Shown: positions 34,483-39,586 of the stretch, piece after piece
Position numbering within the stretch: the first letter of the stretch is position 1
How the letters are laid out: the number at the start of each line of letters is the position of its first letter
Virus record (IMG/VR): IMGVR_UViG_3300032243_000160
Coordinates: 1-39,586 of that record
Reading direction: 5' to 3' (one strand)
DNA length: 39,586 nucleotides
DNA from: a virus
Taxonomy: Duplodnaviria; Caudoviricetes
Position numbers and translations under genes: made by a program
The notes under the pieces: model-generated
Told to the model about the DNA's origin: nothing
The model's database searches: none
What the model saw: only the letters and a program-made list of their open reading frames with translations

Positions 34483-34976
34483 TAGATTGCTCCTACTTCT
34501 TTCATGACCTCTGCGGTCTTTGGTGTTATGTATTTGGCTTCGGGCATTTTCCCAGCATCATAAGGTTTATTAATAACCTCTGATGCTTCAAGTGCTTTTT
34601 CTATAGCAGTCCTTGATGTGCCAGCAGGTTGTACACCTTGAGCACGGGCATCTCTATAGTAAGCCAATTCTTTATCCCACTTCTTTTGAGTGGTTCCACT
34701 AGCAATAATATTTCCTGATGCATCACCAGTTGCTAATTGTAATCCTTTTGCTTTACAACCAAAACAAAGACAATCAATATCATTTTCTTTATGGTCTGGG
34801 TTAGATTTAATAACTCCAAAACCATCCCATTGTTCAACTGAAGTTGCATTACAATTAGTGCAACCCCAAAGAACTACTACAGGTAACATATTTTTTTTGT
34901 CTTTAGTTATACGGTATTCATCTTTAAGAACTTTACCTATATGTCCATCTGCTTTACAATCATGTCCCTTTAACAT
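34482..34976 (-). CDS. Hypothetical protein with Cys motifs
   Basis: CTNC and CLCFGC. Coupled. Confidence 0.75.
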   Translation of the reverse strand: MLKGHDCKADGHIGKVLKDEYRITKDKKNMLPVVVLWGCTNCNATSVEQWDGFGVIKSNPDHKENDIDCLCFGCKAKGLQLATGDASGNIIASGTTQKKWDKELAYYRDARAQGVQPAGTSRTAIEKALEASEVINKPYDAGKMPEAKYITPKTAEVMKEVGAI

Positions 34977-35236
34977 TATACCGTCCTTACATTTGCCCCA
35001 TAGCCTGCATTAGTTAACTCTGTATAAACACCTTGGCTAATTTCATATTCATGACCACCAAGATAAAATAGTTCTGCTGCTTTAATTACATCTTCAGTTG
35101 GAAATGAAGTTGTTGTCCATACACCAGCATTACGCATAAGACTTAAACCACGTGTCAATCTATAACGGATAAATAAACGTCCACCGCCTGCTGGTCCGTA
35201 CTCCTCAGTAGGAGGAGTTAGATAATACTTAGTCAT
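34976..35236 (-). CDS. Hypothetical protein downstream of capsid
   Basis: RBS GAGGAG. YLGGHEYEI motif. Confidence 0.78.
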   Translation of the reverse strand: MTKYYLTPPTEEYGPAGGGRLFIRYRLTRGLSLMRNAGVWTTTSFPTEDVIKAAELFYLGGHEYEISQGVYTELTNAGYGANVRTV

Positions 35237-35249
35237 GTTTCTCCTCTAG

Positions 35250-35297
35250 TTGACTTACTCTAATAGAGGGACATTGCTGCCCCTCTATTAGCGTCAA
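35250..35297 (-). terminator. Long stem-loop after the capsid gene (terminator/processing/stabiliser; no U-tract)
   Basis: Minus strand TAATAGAGGG-GCA-GCAA-TGT-CCCTCTATTA, extended by TTGAC/GTCAA. GNRA loop. Confidence 0.7.
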
Positions 35298-35304
35298 TTA
35301 ACTA

Positions 35305-36471
35305 TTAGTAGTTGATTGAAGAAGATGTCTCTACACGGTAGAGAGCCTCTTCACGGTAACGAGCGAAGCCAAGTACGCCGTACCATCCAAGTGGACGATG
35401 ACGCATCAACTTATCAACAACTGGTCCAATAACTACATGTGGCTCTTCTGCAATGGCTTCAGCCAATGCTTGCTGTCCAGCAAAGTAGGTATTAAATACA
35501 TTTGTTTCGTGTGTGAAGGTAACAGACGCACCTGATGTAACCTGTGTGGTGATAGCAATATCAATTGTTACTGTTCCAGTACCAATTGCTGTTACGTTTG
35601 CACCTGTTGGTACGTTAGTACCAGCAACAAGGTCACCAATAACAATGCCTGATGTAGAAGTAAGAGACAGTGATGTTGCTCCGACTGCACCTGAAGCAGT
35701 TGTTGTTGTTGTAGATGTTGACTTACCAGCACCCTTTAGGTCGCTGTACATACGTGGTGATTCAACATAGAATGCGCCTTCGTATGTTCCAATTTCTCCT
35801 GCCCAGATAGCATCATTTGATTGATACTCATGTGGTTGACGCCATGAACCAACGCCTGTTTCGGCGCGTAGGTCATGTGAAACCTCTGGATGGATACCTG
35901 CCCAGTAAAGTGAACCCTTACGTGGAATAGCCTTATTAGCACGCAATTTAGCAGTTGTCTTACGAGCAAGTGCTGAAGTGAATGTATCAGAAGATGTTAG
36001 TGTTGCAGTAGAAGTACGTCCACCAGCATAGAGAACATTGTCTCCACCGCGTAGTACTGTCTGTGCAACATCATCAATTGAGTCAGCCATGTTGAACGCA
36101 ATGATGTTAGCAATTGCAGGGTCTACGTCAGCAAGGCTGAATAGTTCCAATGCACGTGTAACAAGTACTGCGTTACCATACTCAGCAAGAGTAATGGTTG
36201 TGTATGTTGGTGTAGCAAGTGCTACAGCATCTGGGTCAGTCTGTTCTGTAAGAGTTGATGTAACTTTTGTTAAGTCAACGTAGCGTTGCAAAACAACAGA
36301 CGAACCAGGGATGCTTTGTTTCGCAGGAGTCTTATCAGAGACTGAGCGAATTAGTGGTTGTGCACGGAGTGCGAACTCGATAAGACGGTCATACGCCTTT
36401 TGTACGAGACCAGCACCACCAACGGTACCGCCTAGAGAAGCGGAGCCTGTGGTTGTATATGCATTAGCCAT
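35305..36471 (-). CDS. Major capsid protein (HK97 fold, N4-gp56-like family) with internal insertion
   Basis: EYGNAV, YWAGIHPEVSHDLR, GEIGTYEG and GWYGVLG motifs. Strongest RBS (AAGGAGGTG). Follows the scaffold. Confidence 0.9.
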   Translation of the reverse strand: MANAYTTTGSASLGGTVGGAGLVQKAYDRLIEFALRAQPLIRSVSDKTPAKQSIPGSSVVLQRYVDLTKVTSTLTEQTDPDAVALATPTYTTITLAEYGNAVLVTRALELFSLADVDPAIANIIAFNMADSIDDVAQTVLRGGDNVLYAGGRTSTATLTSSDTFTSALARKTTAKLRANKAIPRKGSLYWAGIHPEVSHDLRAETGVGSWRQPHEYQSNDAIWAGEIGTYEGAFYVESPRMYSDLKGAGKSTSTTTTTASGAVGATSLSLTSTSGIVIGDLVAGTNVPTGANVTAIGTGTVTIDIAITTQVTSGASVTFTHETNVFNTYFAGQQALAEAIAEEPHVVIGPVVDKLMRHRPLGWYGVLGFARYREEALYRVETSSSINY

Positions 36472-36509
36472 TTATTGCACCTCCTTATGAGGATTAGATT
36501 TCGGTTGGG

Positions 36510-36989
36510 TTAAAAATTTCCCGACTGAATCATTGCTATAATTTCTTCTGCGCTTGTTGCAGCATTGAGACGTATAGCAGCGTCTTCAGCACGGTCAGGC
36601 GTTAAAGCAGCCTGAGTTACAATGTCCATCTGCCGTAAGGCAGCACGGTCAAGTGATTGTTCAGGCGTTCCTTGTGCTTGTGTTTGCAGTCCAAACATGT
36701 CAGCATTATCGTCAATCCAGTTAGAAACTGAGTCTTCGTTAAACTCTGTTAGTTCGTTCATAATCAAACGTGCAGCCTTTGGGCTTACGCCTTTTGTTTC
36801 TAGGACTTTCTTGATTACAGATTCTTTTTGTGCTTTAGAGAATCCTTCAAGTTGGTCAGACAATTCTTTAATACGCTTCTCGTCTGCACGCTTGGCTTTA
36901 CGTAACTGCTTAATTAAGTCGTTACCTTCCAAGTTGACTTGAGGTGTATCATTATCGTCTTCTTCTTCGTCCCAGTAGTTGTTGCTCAT
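36510..36989 (-). CDS. Capsid scaffolding protein
   Basis: Acidic N-terminus, coiled coil, immediately upstream of the capsid gene. Confidence 0.72.
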   Translation of the reverse strand: MSNNYWDEEEDDNDTPQVNLEGNDLIKQLRKAKRADEKRIKELSDQLEGFSKAQKESVIKKVLETKGVSPKAARLIMNELTEFNEDSVSNWIDDNADMFGLQTQAQGTPEQSLDRAALRQMDIVTQAALTPDRAEDAAIRLNAATSAEEIIAMIQSGNF

Positions 36990-37016
36990 AGCAACCGTCC
37001 TCCCATATCGTTAGTT

Positions 37017-37111
37017 GATTCGCAGACCACAAATCTAGTTTGGGGAAACTAGGTTGGCTTCTACTACCAGTCTTATACACCGCATTGGGCTGGTCGGTCT
37101 ATGCGGGAATC
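37017..37111 (-). ncRNA. Candidate cis-regulatory RNA (multistem plus pseudoknot) in the scaffold leader
   Basis: GATTC/GAATC outer stem, CCGCAT/ATGCGG, loop ACCAG pairing with CTGGT, and CTAGTTT-CCCC-AAACTAG. Confidence 0.5.
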
Positions 37112-37114
37112 TAT

Positions 37115-38581
37115 TTAGAACTTGCCTATGACGTTTCTTGCGCTCGCTAGGTTACCCATTGTTGGGTTAACACCAGAGTCGCCGCCAAATTGGGCACGCT
37201 CCATTGATGCTAAACGCTTACGCTTTTCAGCAGCATCTGCATTTTGTGTAAGGAACTCATTTTCTGCAGTAGTCTGGTCATAGTTAATACCAGCCTGTTT
37301 GTAAATGTCACTTAACTTTTGACCTGTGGGTAGCACTGAGGCTACGCTTTGGTATGCACCATTAATATTACCAAGTGAACCAAGTCCACCCATCTTAGTT
37401 GCTAATTCCATAGCACGTGCTTGGCTTACGTTAGTATTACCATAAGCATCTACAAGTCCTTGCTCTTGTGCAGCAGTACCAATCTGTGCAGCAGCAATCT
37501 TGTTATTAAGAATAGGTAATGTTTCATCAGGTGCTAAGAAGTATGAAACTAAATCACTAGTAGTTAAACCACCATAGTACTGTTTAAATGTAGACATAAC
37601 CACAGGGTCAGCATTAATTACATTAGTTGCTGCAGTTTTAATACGGTCATTAAGTTCAGTTGATGACATATCATTACCAATATATGTAGCAAACTTAGCC
37701 TCATTAACAGCACGGTCTGTGCTTAACATATTACTTAAACCATATGCTCTAAAGGTTTCAGCATATGCATTCTCATTAGCAAGGTATTGTGCTTCAGATA
37801 TAGCATTAAGACCATTGGCTATACGCTTTTGATTACCAGAAAATCTAATAGTGTATGCATCGTTCCATGATTTGCCTGTTGCTGGGTCTACTGTTTTGTC
37901 ATATTTAAGACGAGTTAATGCACCATTAGCAGTTTCACCTTGTGTCATAAGACGTGTAATAGTGTCTGAAAGACTACCTAATCCATAACTATCAAAAGTT
38001 ACTTTAAGCGCGGCAAAAGCATCTGACCGTTCTAACTCAGCCTGTGCATTTGCTGCTGCAGTCTGTGCTGCAATGGCTGCTGTTGTTCTATCGGCTGCTG
38101 CTGCGGCTTCATTAGAAGCATCAATTCCTGCCTGTGCTGCTGCCTGTGCTGCTGCTAAATTTGCTGCTGCTTGCGCTGCTGCTGCTTCTGCTGCTGCTCT
38201 ATCTGCTGCAGTTTTAGCACTAAGTACCTTAGCATCTGCTAACGCTTTAGCAGCCGCTGCATTATCTGCTGCTGTTTTAGCCGCTGCATTTTTAGCAGCC
38301 GTTGCCGCTGCATTATCTGCTGCTGTTTTAGCCGCTGCTGCCGCTGTTTGTGCTGCAGTAGATGCAACAGGTGTTGGTGTTGCAGAAGGCTTTGCTATTA
38401 CTGCTGGTACTACAGGTGTTGTTGCAGGAATATTAATTACTTGTCCTGGTTTAATAACATTAACATTAGTAATTTGTGGATTAGCAGCAGCAATTTTTGC
38501 AACTGTTGTATTATTTGCAGCAGCAATACCACTAAGAGTATTACCTTTTGCTACAGTTACCGTTGCTTTAGGTGCAGCCAT
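37115..38581 (-). CDS. LysM-domain virion protein with Ala-rich linker (putative ejection protein)
   Basis: VAKGNTLSGIAAANNTTVAKIAAANPQITNVNVIKPGQVINIP is a canonical LysM. Confidence 0.82.
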   Translation of the reverse strand: MAAPKATVTVAKGNTLSGIAAANNTTVAKIAAANPQITNVNVIKPGQVINIPATTPVVPAVIAKPSATPTPVASTAAQTAAAAAKTAADNAAATAAKNAAAKTAADNAAAAKALADAKVLSAKTAADRAAAEAAAAQAAANLAAAQAAAQAGIDASNEAAAAADRTTAAIAAQTAAANAQAELERSDAFAALKVTFDSYGLGSLSDTITRLMTQGETANGALTRLKYDKTVDPATGKSWNDAYTIRFSGNQKRIANGLNAISEAQYLANENAYAETFRAYGLSNMLSTDRAVNEAKFATYIGNDMSSTELNDRIKTAATNVINADPVVMSTFKQYYGGLTTSDLVSYFLAPDETLPILNNKIAAAQIGTAAQEQGLVDAYGNTNVSQARAMELATKMGGLGSLGNINGAYQSVASVLPTGQKLSDIYKQAGINYDQTTAENEFLTQNADAAEKRKRLASMERAQFGGDSGVNPTMGNLASARNVIGKF

Positions 38582-39586
38582 TAGTTACCACCAAACCCAA
38601 ATGATTGAAGAATAGTATTAGTAAAATCTGTTGCTGTTTGATGTGCTTCAGCAGTCTTGCGCCAACGAGGGTCAGCCTGTAGTTGACGTTCAAAGTCTGC
38701 CATGTTTAACATGCCACCTTTAAGATTAATAGAAGACATAATCTGATTATCAGCAACTGAATCAGGAATAGTAATGCCAAGTTTGCGAGACTTAATAGAA
38801 CCATATACATCTGCTACATCTTTAACGGTTCCGCCTGCTTGAATGTGTGCTGCAAGATTAGGCATAGTAGATATAGCAATCTGTTGCATACGAGTTTTAA
38901 TTGCATCTGTTGGGCTAGTAGTACCCCATGAATCACCAACATAACTAAGTGCCTGTTGTGGTGTAATTTTAATACCATAATCAGAAGCATACTTCATTGC
39001 AAGGTTAATGTTAGAAGCAAGTTTACCAGGGTTCTTATTATCTGCGCTAAGAATGTTATTAACATCCATGCCAGGAAATGCTTTTTTTGCTACGTTTGCT
39101 TGTAGTATAAGATAATCAGCAGGTCCAAGACGTGAGTCAGCAGTTACTTGGTTCTTAACAGCACCCACAGTGTCAGTAGTAGTTGTTGTTTTTGTTGTAT
39201 TTGTTTTCTCGGCTTTAACCACTTGTGCAAAGTAATCATCCTTTTCAGCCTGCGTAGCAATACGACCAAAGTTTTCTTGAAAGTAAATATTAAGGTCTGC
39301 ATCAGCACGACCACGTGTAGTTGTAAAATCTTGTAATGAAGTCTTTGTTCCAGCAAGACTTCCTGTTCCACCAATTCCACCTACAGTAAACTTCTTTAAA
39401 AATGTATCCATGGTAGGGAACACGCCACTACCTTTGTTAAGTTGATATTCTTGTAAAGCATTAACACTGTATTGGTTAATTGCTTCATTAAGACCACCAA
39501 TATAATTTTGGCTCTTAAGTTCTGTCTTAGTAATAAAGCCAGATGTATATAGTTTAGTAAGAAGATTAGGTAATCCTTTAGGACCA
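38581..39586 (-). CDS. C-terminal part of origin-spanning virion protein (starts at 419)
   Basis: The frame of the 38581..39423 ORF stays open to the window end and joins 419..1. Confidence 0.85.
   Translation of the reverse strand, partial: GPKGLPNLLTKLYTSGFITKTELKSQNYIGGLNEAINQYSVNALQEYQLNKGSGVFPTMDTFLKKFTVGGIGGTGSLAGTKTSLQDFTTTRGRADADLNIYFQENFGRIATQAEKDDYFAQVVKAEKTNTTKTTTTTDTVGAVKNQVTADSRLGPADYLILQANVAKKAFPGMDVNNILSADNKNPGKLASNINLAMKYASDYGIKITPQQALSYVGDSWGTTSPTDAIKTRMQQIAISTMPNLAAHIQAGGTVKDVADVYGSIKSRKLGITIPDSVADNQIMSSINLKGGMLNMADFERQLQADPRWRKTAEAHQTATDFTNTILQSFGFGGN
39464..39586. repeat. Terminal direct repeat, right copy
   Basis: Identical to 1-123. Confidence 0.95.

Noticed and set aside
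38073-38615. Antisense ORFs such as 38073..38615, 18215..18709, 36622..36942, 29081..29404
   Set aside because: Shadow frames of real genes caused by codon bias and Ala-rich repeats. No RBS and against operon direction.
39464-39586. 123-bp terminal repeat as a biological direct terminal repeat
   Set aside because: It falls in the middle of a continuous ORF, which is the signature of a circular assembly overlap. Real ends more plausibly lie in the 10.5-11.3 kb gap.
1-39586. Alternative genetic code
   Set aside because: Genes are full length and tightly packed under the standard code, with TAA, TAG and TGA all used as stops.

Overview
The window is a complete, circularly permuted dsDNA phage genome. 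Bases 1-123 are identical to 39464-39586, giving a unit length of about 39,463 bp, and one gene runs across the join. The phage is podovirus-like and AT-rich. It very likely infects Actinobacteria: it carries WhiB, an FmdB-type zinc ribbon and a mycobacteriophage-like split primase/helicase/phosphoesterase block. The low GC fits streamlined freshwater actinobacteria (inference). Two arms diverge from a non-coding region at about 10.47-11.33 kb and converge on a bidirectional terminator at about 24.1 kb. The + arm holds early, replication and regulatory genes: SSB, SLT, DUF932, exonuclease, helicase, resolvase, primase, phosphoesterase, sigma factor, glycosyltransferase and WhiB. The - arm holds terminase, portal, a proteasome-like Ntn protease, internal virion proteins, scaffold, capsid, a run of small basic proteins, tail and fibres, and lysis genes. 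I found no DNA polymerase, RNA polymerase, integrase, tRNA or CRISPR array. The most unusual signals are non-coding. (i) A promoter-proximal 16-bp hairpin has an 18-nt loop that is an anti-Shine-Dalgarno sequence matched to the atypical AAGGAGAG ribosome-binding sites of the early genes. (ii) A roughly 500-nt densely structured region has hairpin loops that read mostly G..A on the minus strand, like ultrastable DNA hairpins. (iii) Several pseudoknot-like elements sit at operon junctions. All structures were folded by eye and need computational confirmation.
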